DNA from: a virus
Taxonomy: Duplodnaviria > Caudoviricetes
Reading direction: 5' to 3' (one strand)
DNA length: 64,000 nt
Virus record (IMG/VR): IMGVR_UViG_3300021399_000100
Under the pieces are notes generated by a model. That model made no database searches. It was given only the letters and a program-made list of their open reading frames with translations, and was not told the origin of the DNA. Made by a program: the position numbers and the translations under genes. Shown piece after piece: positions 1 through 8,315 of this stretch. The stretch's first letter is position 1, and the number at the start of each line of letters is the position of its first letter.

Positions 1-2126
1 AACAATGCATCATTATGAGAACTTACATTAACTATCTCATTGCTGCTTATATCTATAGCAGGGAATTCTGTGGAATCATAATACATAGAATCTATTGCTT
101 TGAGATTATCATTGCTGACCGAGCATATAGAACCTGTTATATTATTTGAAACGATCCACGGATCATAAGTTCCTCCTTGAAGGCTTTGTACAAATTCACC
201 TGTTGTTCTTCTGAATGATATATCTGCATCTGATGTTTTCTTAACCGCGCAATGAATAAAATCAAAATCAGCAGAAATAGAATTATAATCGATTTGTGTA
301 ATGTACCCCTTCTTCAGTCGACATCCAGTAGCTACTTCTGATTCTTCACGTGTCAGATAATATCGGCCCCATGAGCATACTCTACCTTTTTCTCTGGTAT
401 TGAAGCTCATATATGCTCTAGTGTCAAAATGAGTTTTATCTGAAGGCTTCAAATATATACTTATAGCAATATCATTATTGATAGATACGAATCTAGTATC
501 GCTTTCAGCAGGTTCAAATGCATAGTCTGTGATATAATACACTTTATTAAGGAGCAGAGCACCTTTGTTTCTTAGAGACACAGCTTCGCTATACGTCACA
601 GGAATAACGCTATCGTCTCCAAATACACCTTCATATTTTGGATTAATACATCTAGACCAGAATGAACTTTGTGTCAATGTTCCGCCTTCATTGCTTCCAT
701 TGTTAGACTCTACACATATGATTTCGAATATTGGGCACCCACATTGTATATCGTCTTTCGTGAAATGTCCTACTTGGACGTCTCCTACAAAGAGATTACA
801 TCCGAATCCATTCCAGTTGATATTCTCTTTAATTACGAATTGGAAGCTTTGGCCTCGCCTGAATTTGAAATTAGGGACACTATTGAGATCTATAGAAAGT
901 TTCAGGTCTGTATTGATTGGACCTCTTGCGCTGAGATATACAGGGAATATATTTGAGAATGTGGTAGGCGTGAAAGATGTGCCTTTCTGATTTGTGGTGA
1001 AGCCTGTTCCGTCAACGATATGATATCGCTGGTTAGCATTGTTAATAATATGCGAATCACTTGTCTTTCCCAAATATATACCATCACCTGCCTGTATAGG
1101 GACATTTATATTAAGCTCAGGGCCTGCTTCTCCATTCAGTATAGCCTGCATCTGCCTGTTTATATTAGCTATCATATTGAGCAGAGAATCTTTATCCTCA
1201 ATAGCCAACATATAGTTATCAACATACGCAGACAATGCATCTAACTTAGCCATCATTGTAGCTATTGTTGTCCCAGTATCGCATAATGCCTTGAGGTTCT
1301 CTATATCGTCATACATGTGCCCAATCGTATCTGACAAGCTCTTATGCTCAGACATAACCATCTGCATTCTAGCCAATGCGTCAGTGAACATACTCATTGC
1401 GAACGAATTAGCCTTTTCGTCTACTACCGTCTGTACCACAGAGCCAGACCCCGTATTATCAGAATCCTCGACTATTCTTAAATTGATACGGAAGCCGAAT
1501 GAGTTGCCTGACTGTACGATAGAACCTCCAGCAGCATAAGCATATTTGCTAATAGGCTCTGCATTATTAGATGGCACATATATACCATAGAGGGAATTAT
1601 ATGAACGTTCACCGTCGCTGATCCCTAGATAGATAGCTACCGCGTTGAATTCAAAATCCCTGCCATCATATGCATAATCTTTGAAGCTTGCAGGCTGCCC
1701 GCTATAATCTTCCAAGTTGAAATTGATCTCATTTACATTATTGAGCAATATTTTTTTGGAGCCAAATCGATTTGGTATATGTACGAATACTTCTGTAAAG
1801 TCTGCTGTTGGTGTGATCACATGATTAGTCATATCAATCTCTCCTACAGAAGTAACATTACCTGCTTCTACTAATCCTGTGAATGCATCTCTTTCAGTAA
1901 GAGTCTGCATAACTATAGACTTATCGCTATTGGTATATTCTGTTGTAGAGTTCACCATGTTTACAATGATCTCTTTCAGAGTATCTGGAGAAACGTTCAG
2001 GGTAGCGAAGTACTTAAATGTACAGCTGTATTCGCTGCTAGCTATGCATCTAGACAGCAGACGCACACCAGTCGGAGCCACAAACATGGCACCATTAGTG
2101 CCAAATGCTATATCTTCTATTTGCAT
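1..2126 (-). CDS. large hypothetical protein, probably virion structural; 3' end runs off the window (not in the ORF track)
   Basis: Manual minus-strand translation from ATG 2126 (MQIEDIAFGTNGAMFVAPTG...) stays open to the window edge; GTAAATA motif upstream at 2153-2159. Confidence 0.8.
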   Translation of the reverse strand, partial: MQIEDIAFGTNGAMFVAPTGVRLLSRCIASSEYSCTFKYFATLNVSPDTLKEIIVNMVNSTTEYTNSDKSIVMQTLTERDAFTGLVEAGNVTSVGEIDMTNHVITPTADFTEVFVHIPNRFGSKKILLNNVNEINFNLEDYSGQPASFKDYAYDGRDFEFNAVAIYLGISDGERSYNSLYGIYVPSNNAEPISKYAYAAGGSIVQSGNSFGFRINLRIVEDSDNTGSGSVVQTVVDEKANSFAMSMFTDALARMQMVMSEHKSLSDTIGHMYDDIENLKALCDTGTTIATMMAKLDALSAYVDNYMLAIEDKDSLLNMIANINRQMQAILNGEAGPELNINVPIQAGDGIYLGKTSDSHIINNANQRYHIVDGTGFTTNQKGTSFTPTTFSNIFPVYLSARGPINTDLKLSIDLNSVPNFKFRRGQSFQFVIKENINWNGFGCNLFVGDVQVGHFTKDDIQCGCPIFEIICVESNNGSNEGGTLTQSSFWSRCINPKYEGVFGDDSVIPVTYSEAVSLRNKGALLLNKVYYITDYAFEPAESDTRFVSINNDIAISIYLKPSDKTHFDTRAYMSFNTREKGRVCSWGRYYLTREESEVATGCRLKKGYITQIDYNSISADFDFIHCAVKKTSDADISFRRTTGEFVQSLQGGTYDPWIVSNNITGSICSVSNDNLKAIDSMYYDSTEFPAIDISSNEIVNVSSHNDAL

Positions 2127-2225
2127 GTCAATCTAAAGATGTTTATTATATGTATTTACCGTGAGAATGCATTAATTCACGTGTGATTATATATATGTCA
2201 ATTTATTTAACATTTCATATTTTAT

Positions 2226-3143
2226 ATGGCAAAGAAAGAAACAAAACAGATCAAGTTGCCTAAGGTCAAGAATATCAGGCCTTCTAAGGCGCCTCAGCTG
2301 TCAACAAAAGCAATGGAGGAATCCTTACTGAGTGTAGGAAACGTAAAAGAGAACTTTCCTAAAATCGAAGCTCTTCTTTTTAAGTTAACTGGAATAGCTC
2401 CGTCAGAAAACACTATTGATGCGAGACTGCGATGCGCATTCACATCAGCGAACGCAAAATCCGTTACGAAAGTAACTCCAAGCACGTTGAGCACAATACG
2501 ACAGCTTATCGAAGCGAAGTTTAATCTAGTAATGTGCTATCCTATGGACTTGCTAGCAAAACATATTGATGAGCTCAGTGATGAGGAGTATGCATCAATA
2601 TATACTAAAGAAGACGCCAATAATGTCGAAGGCGTCATCAGAACCAGCTCTATTGCCAGTTTAGAAGCATTCCGTGCGTACGGTGTATTCACTAAAGAAG
2701 GCAAGAAATGGCCAGATTACTATGATGCAGAATATACCATGTGTGGTATGGCTGACGAATTGGTTGAATTTGCTGCTGCTACAGAAGAAGAGAAGTCTCA
2801 CGAACTAGGCGACGTTCTATGGTACTTTATGGCTATCGTAGCATTTTGGGATGCAACTGATGAAGACATCAACACCATCATTGAGGCTGGGAAGAATGCT
2901 GACAGCAACAACGAATACGACTATACCAAAGCATTCCATAAGTTCGTTAAACTTATGAGAGACGAACCTCATCTTATCGGAGATTTCTCTGTGATCACTC
3001 CAATGATGGCAGATGTATTCTGTACCCTTATCAAATATGCCGGAGGCATCGATAAGCTTTCTGAGGTTGCCCTTGAGAACATTGCAAAGATCCGAGACAG
3101 GATTGCACGCGGTGTTGTGAGAGGTAGTGGAGACAATCGTTAA
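2226..3143 (+). CDS. mazG: MazG-like nucleoside triphosphate pyrophosphohydrolase with N-terminal extension
   Basis: ELGDVLWY motif; C-terminal NIAKIRDRIARGVVRGSGDNR is typical of phage MazG. Confidence 0.8.
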   Translation: MAKKETKQIKLPKVKNIRPSKAPQLSTKAMEESLLSVGNVKENFPKIEALLFKLTGIAPSENTIDARLRCAFTSANAKSVTKVTPSTLSTIRQLIEAKFNLVMCYPMDLLAKHIDELSDEEYASIYTKEDANNVEGVIRTSSIASLEAFRAYGVFTKEGKKWPDYYDAEYTMCGMADELVEFAAATEEEKSHELGDVLWYFMAIVAFWDATDEDINTIIEAGKNADSNNEYDYTKAFHKFVKLMRDEPHLIGDFSVITPMMADVFCTLIKYAGGIDKLSEVALENIAKIRDRIARGVVRGSGDNR

Positions 3144-3159
3144 TCTTAAAACGTTAAAA

Positions 3160-4110
3160 ATGAAAGAGTTACTAATTAAGAAGCACGCACCTGTTGAGAT
3201 TGCTGAGTCATTCTGGCCTGAAGCCGTCCTTAAATCGTTGACTACAGCAGACCATAATCTTGTGATAGGGCCTCCTGGAACTGGCAAGTCTTCCACCATT
3301 CAGGCTTATTTGAAAGAGCATGGTTTTTCTTTCATTTATCTGAATGGTTCCGACAACCGTGGTCTAGACGCTGTCCGTACGACGATCCAGAACTATATCG
3401 ATTATGATACTGTCGGCGGCAGTGACAACCGTGCGGTGCTAATCGATGAGATAGATGGCTTTACTCCTGCAGCATTCAATGCATTGCGATCTGTGATGGA
3501 GCATGCTAATGGTGTGCGATTCTTCGCTACAGCCAATAATGGAAGAGTTATTCCTGCGCCTATCAAATCTAGGTTTAATGTGACAGAGATCGACATAAAC
3601 AATACTGAATTTAAACAGAAGTGGCTGCTTCGTATTCAGAAGATCCTGGAACTTGAAAATGTCACATTTAATAAGGATAACAATATGGCTCTCGCTCTGA
3701 AGAGCATATATCCTGATTTCAGAAAAGCATGCACTATACTGAGCCAAGCTATCAATGATGACAATGTTCTGGACTCTAAAACGCTGACTCAACTAGCTAA
3801 TAATAATGATATCGTCACTGACGAAGAGGCTACGTTTAAGTGGTTGATGGGTTCTGCTCCTGATAATATCTATCATACTCTGCGAAGCCTATCCTCGTAC
3901 GCAGAAATTATGCAGACATTCGCGTCGCCATTTATCAACTGGCTCCAGCCGAAGCTAGATCCTCATAAATGGAGTGAAGTCGCTTTCAAGATCAGCGCAT
4001 CTTATGGCCAACATATGGTACAGTATCAAGCAGCACCCGACCAGTTGTTAATTACTTATGCGTACTTATTGACTGTGAGGGGGTATGTGCTTCAAGCAAT
4101 GTCTAAGTGA
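3160..4110 (+). CDS. sliding-clamp loader AAA+ subunit (T4 gp44/RFC-like)
   Basis: Walker A GPPGTGKS, LNGSDNRGLDAVR, Walker B LIDEID, sensor ATAN, IKSRF, YPDFRK; likely start ATG 3160. Confidence 0.9.
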   Translation: MKELLIKKHAPVEIAESFWPEAVLKSLTTADHNLVIGPPGTGKSSTIQAYLKEHGFSFIYLNGSDNRGLDAVRTTIQNYIDYDTVGGSDNRAVLIDEIDGFTPAAFNALRSVMEHANGVRFFATANNGRVIPAPIKSRFNVTEIDINNTEFKQKWLLRIQKILELENVTFNKDNNMALALKSIYPDFRKACTILSQAINDDNVLDSKTLTQLANNNDIVTDEEATFKWLMGSAPDNIYHTLRSLSSYAEIMQTFASPFINWLQPKLDPHKWSEVAFKISASYGQHMVQYQAAPDQLLITYAYLLTVRGYVLQAMSK

Positions 4111-4159
4111 TAACTTTGCCTAATATTATACATCTCACTTATCTTTGAGCCAAGTGAGC

Positions 4160-4207
4160 TGCGGCATGGACTGATAGATTGATAAATATCTGTTCCATGC
4201 TGCTTTT
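4160..4207 (+). terminator. intrinsic terminator after the clamp loader gene
   Basis: GCGGCATGGA...TTCCATGCTGC stem followed by TTTT. Confidence 0.6.
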
Positions 4208-4657
4208 GTTTACATATAGAAATAGAGAATGCTACAAATTTTGCAAGAAAGTCATAAAAAATATGAACTACAACGAAAATATTTATAATTTTATGGCAGA
4301 AAACATGCAGATAGTTTGTTATGCAGATGTAAATATATTATTAATATCAGTACATCAATGAGAAAATATTTTACATATAATGTGTTCAACATGAGCTCCT
4401 TTGGATTTCATGCGAATTTCGCTACTACAGCCAATCCGCAAAGAGCATCTATGACATCATGAGCGCTACTGAATTAAAGATGATATACGCATTAATATAA
4501 AAAGGTAGCACATAATACGCTACCTTTTGTTTTGTATAGGGGAATATTTTCAGAAATCGGATGATTATATAATTGAACGTAATAAGATAGTTCATGATAA
4601 TCATCATGGTTCTGTTACGACGCCTTTTTAGCTCAGCTGGTAGAGCACGTGATTTGT

Positions 4658-5124
4658 TAAACAGATTCCGTACAATGTCATTGCTTATGGAAAAGAAACA
4701 AAAAGGTAATTTAGTTGAGTTGCAGTGCATCACTGCATTTTATGAATTAGGTTATCAAGTCAGCATTCCATACGGTGAAAATTCCAGGTATGATTTTGTA
4801 GCGGACATAGACAACAGACTTATAAGAGTTCAAGTCAAAGCATCTCATGAAGTTGATGAAAACTCTTTTCGATTCAGTTGTCAATCTGTTAAATCGAAAA
4901 GATCTGGGATTTCCAGACGTAAGTATACGAAAGATGAAATTGACTTTTTTTCAACTTTCTATAATGGTAAATGTTACTTGGTGCCAGTCGAAGAATGTTC
5001 AATATATAAAACACTTCGGACATCGGAGAGTAAAAATAACCAAATGCAAAACATAAATTTTGCAGATAGTTACGAGCTAGAAAAACAGATTGATAAAATT
5101 AAAAACCCGGAACATTGATTAACA
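4658..5124 (+). mobile_element. endonuclease-encoding tRNA intron/insert lacking an evident self-splicing core
   Basis: Lies between tRNA positions 36 and 37; terminal pairings GATTTGTTAA/TTAACAAATC and TTCCG/CGGAA; ORF fills nearly the whole element. Confidence 0.8.
4687..5118 (+). CDS. PD-(D/E)XK homing endonuclease, I-Ssp6803I/PDDEXK_5-like
   Basis: KQKGNLVELQCITAFYELGYQVSIPYGENSRYDFVADIDNRLIRVQVKA matches the family pattern (KG...P.G....YD........VQVK); Y...EIDFF motif; start ATG 4687 or 4675. Confidence 0.9.
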   Translation: MEKKQKGNLVELQCITAFYELGYQVSIPYGENSRYDFVADIDNRLIRVQVKASHEVDENSFRFSCQSVKSKRSGISRRKYTKDEIDFFSTFYNGKCYLVPVEECSIYKTLRTSESKNNQMQNINFADSYELEKQIDKIKNPEH

Positions 5125-5200
5125 AATCTCGGGGTCGTTGGTTCGAGTCCAACAAGAGGCTCATAAGAAATATAGATCTTTGACATGTTAAATTATATAT

Positions 5201-5272
5201 AGTCCTTTCGTATAGCGGCTAGTACACAAGATTTTGATTCTTGGAGGAGGCGTTCGAATCGCTTAGGGACTA
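5201..5272 (+). tRNA. tRNA-Gln(TTG)
   Basis: Cloverleaf; CAAGA-TT TTG AT-TCTTG. Confidence 0.9.
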
Positions 5273-5287
5273 CAAAATAAATTATAT

Positions 5288-5359
5288 AGTCCTTTCGTAT
5301 AGCGGCTAGTACACAAGATTCTGACTCTTGGAGGAGGCGTTCGAATCGCTTAGGGACTA
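5288..5359 (+). tRNA. tRNA-Gln(CTG)
   Basis: Same as the preceding tRNA except loop TT CTG AC. Confidence 0.9.
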
Positions 5360-5374
5360 CAAAACAATAATGTA

Positions 5375-5449
5375 TGCGGGGTGGACTGGAGTAGGTTCCA
5401 GCTTGGTCTCATAAGCCATATAACGTGGGTTCGAATCCCACCCCCGCCA
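5375..5449 (+). tRNA. tRNA-Met(CAT), initiator-like
   Basis: CT CAT AA loop; 1:72 mismatch; T arm GTGGG-TTCGAAT-CCCAC. Confidence 0.8.
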
Positions 5450-5537
5450 CAATGATTCAGGGGGCGTGTCACATTGCTGTAGACACCATAATATAAATCC
5501 TGGAGGTTTGGAGATTTTACCATAAAATCTCCATAAT

Positions 5538-5610
5538 GGATCTGTAGCTCAGTTGGTAGAGCACTAGACTGAAGATCTAGGTCGCGACAGTTCGAATCTG
5601 TCTGGATCCA
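5538..5610 (+). tRNA. tRNA-Phe(GAA)
   Basis: CTAGA-CT GAA GA-TCTAG; full cloverleaf. Confidence 0.95.
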
Positions 5611-5619
5611 CATAAATAT

Positions 5620-5693
5620 GGGGCTGTAGTTCAGTTGGCTAGAACGTCTGCTTTGCACGCAGAAGGTCGTGGGTTCGAGTCCCACTAGCTCCA
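5620..5693 (+). tRNA. tRNA-Ala(TGC)
   Basis: TCTGC-TT TGC AC-GCAGA; G3:U70. Confidence 0.95.
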
Positions 5694-5700
5694 CATAAAT

Positions 5701-5773
5701 GGGGTTGTAGCTCAGTTGGTAGAGCGTGTGACTGTTAATCACAAGCGCGCAGGTTCGAGCCCTGTCTGCCCCG
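5701..5773 (+). tRNA. tRNA-Asn(GTT)
   Basis: TGTGA-CT GTT AA-TCACA. Confidence 0.9.
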
Positions 5774-5957
5774 CGCAATTGCCGCCTGACGCGTCTAGTA
5801 CACGCAGATAGAGTATCTATAGGAGAGAAACATGCCTATACGCTCTGTTTTGTCGGGAAAGCATCTTAGCGGCTATGGAAGTTGGCTAAGGAGGCTTGAT
5901 AGTAAGCCTTAACAGGATAAGTTGTTTCTGTGATGATTTCTATCACGTCATCACTAT

Positions 5958-6041
5958 GGATTGTTAGTTCAGTCGGTTAGAACGCATGCATCACACACAC
6001 AAAACATGCATGAGACACGGGTTCAAACCCCGTACTTTCCT
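5958..6041 (+). ncRNA. tRNA-like RNA with an Asp-like body and an 18-nt CA-repeat anticodon loop (pseudo-tRNA or decoy)
   Basis: D arm GTTC-AGTCGGTTA-GAAC, stem CATGC/GCATG, T arm ACGGG-TTCAAAC-CCCGT; loop ATCACACACACAAAACAT; two acceptor-stem mismatches. Confidence 0.7.
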
Positions 6042-6063
6042 CAGGTCTATTTTTAGATTATAA

Positions 6064-6137
6064 CTAGGCATGGTGGAGTTGGTTAACACACCGCGTTTGG
6101 GACGCGGGGATCGGGAGTTCGAATCTCTCTGCCTAGA
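6064..6137 (+). tRNA. tRNA-Pro(TGG)
   Basis: CCGCG-TT TGG GA-CGCGG. Confidence 0.9.
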
Positions 6138-6147
6138 CATAAATTAC

Positions 6148-6220
6148 ATCGGGTTCATCTAGCGGTCTAGGATACCACCCTTTCACGGTGGCCACATGGA
6201 TTCAAATTCCATACCCGATA
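6148..6220 (+). tRNA. tRNA-Glu(TTC)
   Basis: CCACC-CT TTC AC-GGTGG. Confidence 0.9.
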
Positions 6221-6269
6221 CACAATAAAACTGTTGAAATATAAGACATAAGTCTAAAACAGTTCATAT

Positions 6270-6341
6270 GGGTATTTTAGCTCAACGGTAGAGCGCCTGA
6301 CTGTGGATCAGGATACGATGGTTCGACACCATCATTTACCC
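6270..6341 (+). tRNA. tRNA-His(GTG)
   Basis: CCTGA-CT GTG GA-TCAGG; encoded G-1 and C73. Confidence 0.9.
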
Positions 6342-6591
6342 CAAGTCTGGTGCGATGTATTGGGGCGCGGTAAGCAATGATACGTAATATGCTACATCAT
6401 ATGTAAGCCCGTGAAAAATGCCTCGGAGGGGGTGACTACAACCATGTATGAATAGGCATATATTAAGATATATGGAAGTACCACTGAGCAAGAGGTTCCA
6501 GTTAATACTGCGAGAAATCCTAACGCAGAGAACGTGACGACAGCGAATACATCAATCTATAGGTTGGCAGCTGGAAATAGACAGCAGAATA

Positions 6592-6676
6592 GGAAGTGTG
6601 GGTGAGTGGCTTAAACCGCATCTCTTGAAAAGATGAGGCCAGCAATGGTCCGGGGGTTCGAATCCCTCCGCTTCCG
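6592..6676 (+). tRNA. tRNA-Ser(TGA)
   Basis: CATCT-CT TGA AA-AGATG; long variable arm; G73. Confidence 0.9.
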
Positions 6677-6904
6677 CGATAGGGCACAGCAACGTCAGCT
6701 GTGGAGATACGAGGGAGGGCAATAATAATAACCTTGTCATCGGTGTCTAAAATCTTACACAACCTCGTGCGATTACTGCGCACTCACTACGAAGGTATCG
6801 ATGACTTGATTGACTTAAATTCCGTATCCAGGTTGATCCTCGTTAAGACTTTGGATATCTATATACCTTACATAAGAGAGCCTATCACTGCTCTCTTTTT
6901 TAAT

Positions 6905-6976
6905 GGCTCCTTAGCTCAATGGATAGAGCACCAGACTTCTAATCTGATGATGATGGTTCGATTCCATCAGGAGTCA
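6905..6976 (+). tRNA. tRNA-Arg(TCT)
   Basis: CCAGA-CT TCT AA-TCTGA; A20 in the D loop. Confidence 0.9.
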
Positions 6977-7077
6977 CTTGTATTTTGAATCAATTTAGTA
7001 CTTGTTTGGGGTAATCCATGCAGCATCTAGTGATTATATATATGTAAGAGTTCATTGATATAATAAATAAATAATAT

Positions 7078-7150
7078 GTACCTGTAGCTCAGCTGGTAGA
7101 GCTCCTGACTTTTAATCAGGAGGTCACAAGTTCGAATCTTGTCGGGTACA
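7078..7150 (+). tRNA. tRNA-Lys(TTT)
   Basis: CCTGA-CT TTT AA-TCAGG. Confidence 0.95.
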
Positions 7151-7379
7151 CAATGATGTGATTTACTGAATTATTTATACAATGTTGTTGGATGCATTGA
7201 AAAATATTCATAATTTCACATCATAATAAATAAGGCAATCCTCACAAGAGCTAGAATGTTGAGGTTTAATATGGACAAGTTCATCAATGACGTTTATGTA
7301 TGAATGAAGGCATGTTAGGTCGCACATTACGTAGGAGGCAGATGTAGGCCGAACGTATGATAACGGCATTGCCTTTTAA

Positions 7380-7453
7380 GGACCAATAGCTCAGCAGGTT
7401 AGAGCAACTGACTCATAATCAGTAGGTCGTAGGTTCAAGCCCTTCTTGGTCCA
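7380..7453 (+). tRNA. tRNA with CAT anticodon, probably Ile2 (lysidine) type
   Basis: ACTGA-CT CAT AA-TCAGT; body resembles bacterial tRNA-Ile2; elongator Met not excluded. Confidence 0.8.
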
Positions 7454-7492
7454 CTTTATTATTAATGTTTAATTTTTCACATTTTATTAATT

Positions 7493-8308
7493 ATGATGAA
7501 AATGAATACGCTGCTTGGCGTTACAGACCACGCACAAGCTGTTGCAAACAAAGAGGTGTCTGAATATACATCGCTCTTCAAAAACAAGGGTGGCCAATTC
7601 ATTGGTGAGTTGAAAACGTACGAGCCTCACGAAGGTTACCCCGACAAGCCTGCAGAACACGTTAATCGCACTGTGGCTTCAACTGTGTCTGAGCAGTTCG
7701 ACTATATGTTGAACGATAAAGACCCGCACTGTGGCGCACTCCCTAAGTATTTGAAACTTCTGTTTCAGATTGAGGCCACCAATTCAATCGGTGCCAAACG
7801 CGTTCCATTGATTGTAGATGGTGTAAATTTAGGTAGTTTGACTGCGGTAGAGTTGATGCGTTTGAAGAACGTCCTCACATCAACGAACCTAGACGAAATG
7901 CTCAAGAATATCCCAGTTCGCAGTGACTCCAAGAGATGGACCCGAGCAGGCGGTGATTATTCTGACAGAGAGGTATATGAATCGGATGTCATCCGCTCAG
8001 TGGATAGAACCACTATCAAGACCCAGGAAATCTTGAAGGATCCAAATATTGATCCATCTAACATTCCAGCGAATTACCGCTCAACCGTAGTTGAAAGGGC
8101 GCAGATTGTCGAAATGGCTGACCAGACCCGTCAGGAGTTCACCGGTGAGTGGTCACAGACTCAGAAGGCCTATCTATTGAGCCGAAAGTCATTGCTGCTT
8201 AACGCAGTAATCGCAGCTCTTAAAGAGGTTAACGATATCGAAGCATCTCCAGCAAATTTGGACGTAGACACAATGCTGAAATATCTGTTCTTTGGCAACA
8301 AGGAATAA
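7493..8308 (+). CDS. conserved hypothetical protein (DUF7873-like), coupled to a downstream structured RNA
   Basis: Recalled family pattern: F.G..KTY.P, V..TV.E, ATN, LIVDG, L.LK, IPV....W, FTG.W...K..LL.R..LL.AV..AL..VN, C-terminal YLFG. Confidence 0.65.
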   Translation: MMKMNTLLGVTDHAQAVANKEVSEYTSLFKNKGGQFIGELKTYEPHEGYPDKPAEHVNRTVASTVSEQFDYMLNDKDPHCGALPKYLKLLFQIEATNSIGAKRVPLIVDGVNLGSLTAVELMRLKNVLTSTNLDEMLKNIPVRSDSKRWTRAGGDYSDREVYESDVIRSVDRTTIKTQEILKDPNIDPSNIPANYRSTVVERAQIVEMADQTRQEFTGEWSQTQKAYLLSRKSLLLNAVIAALKEVNDIEASPANLDVDTMLKYLFFGNKE

Positions 8309-8315
8309 TAAATAA

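Larger units (their letters stand above)
4622..5161 (+). tRNA. tRNA-Thr(TGT) interrupted by a 467-nt insert; exons 4622-4657 and 5125-5161
   Basis: Joining the exons gives a canonical cloverleaf GCCTTTT/AAGAGGC, D arm GCTC/GAGC, loop TT-TGT-AA, T arm GTTGG-TTCGAGT-CCAAC; G1-C72 and C2-G71 fit Thr. Confidence 0.85.

Noticed and set aside
565-2136. Short plus-strand ORFs at the left end
   Set aside because: Shadows of the long minus-strand gene 1-2126
4594-4686. N-terminal extension of the endonuclease ORF
   Set aside because: It overlaps the tRNA-Thr 5' exon; family similarity begins at about MEKKQKG
4658-5124. Canonical group I intron or archaeal BHB intron
   Set aside because: No non-coding space for P3-P9, no terminal G, and no 3-nt bulges around a 4-bp helix at the junctions
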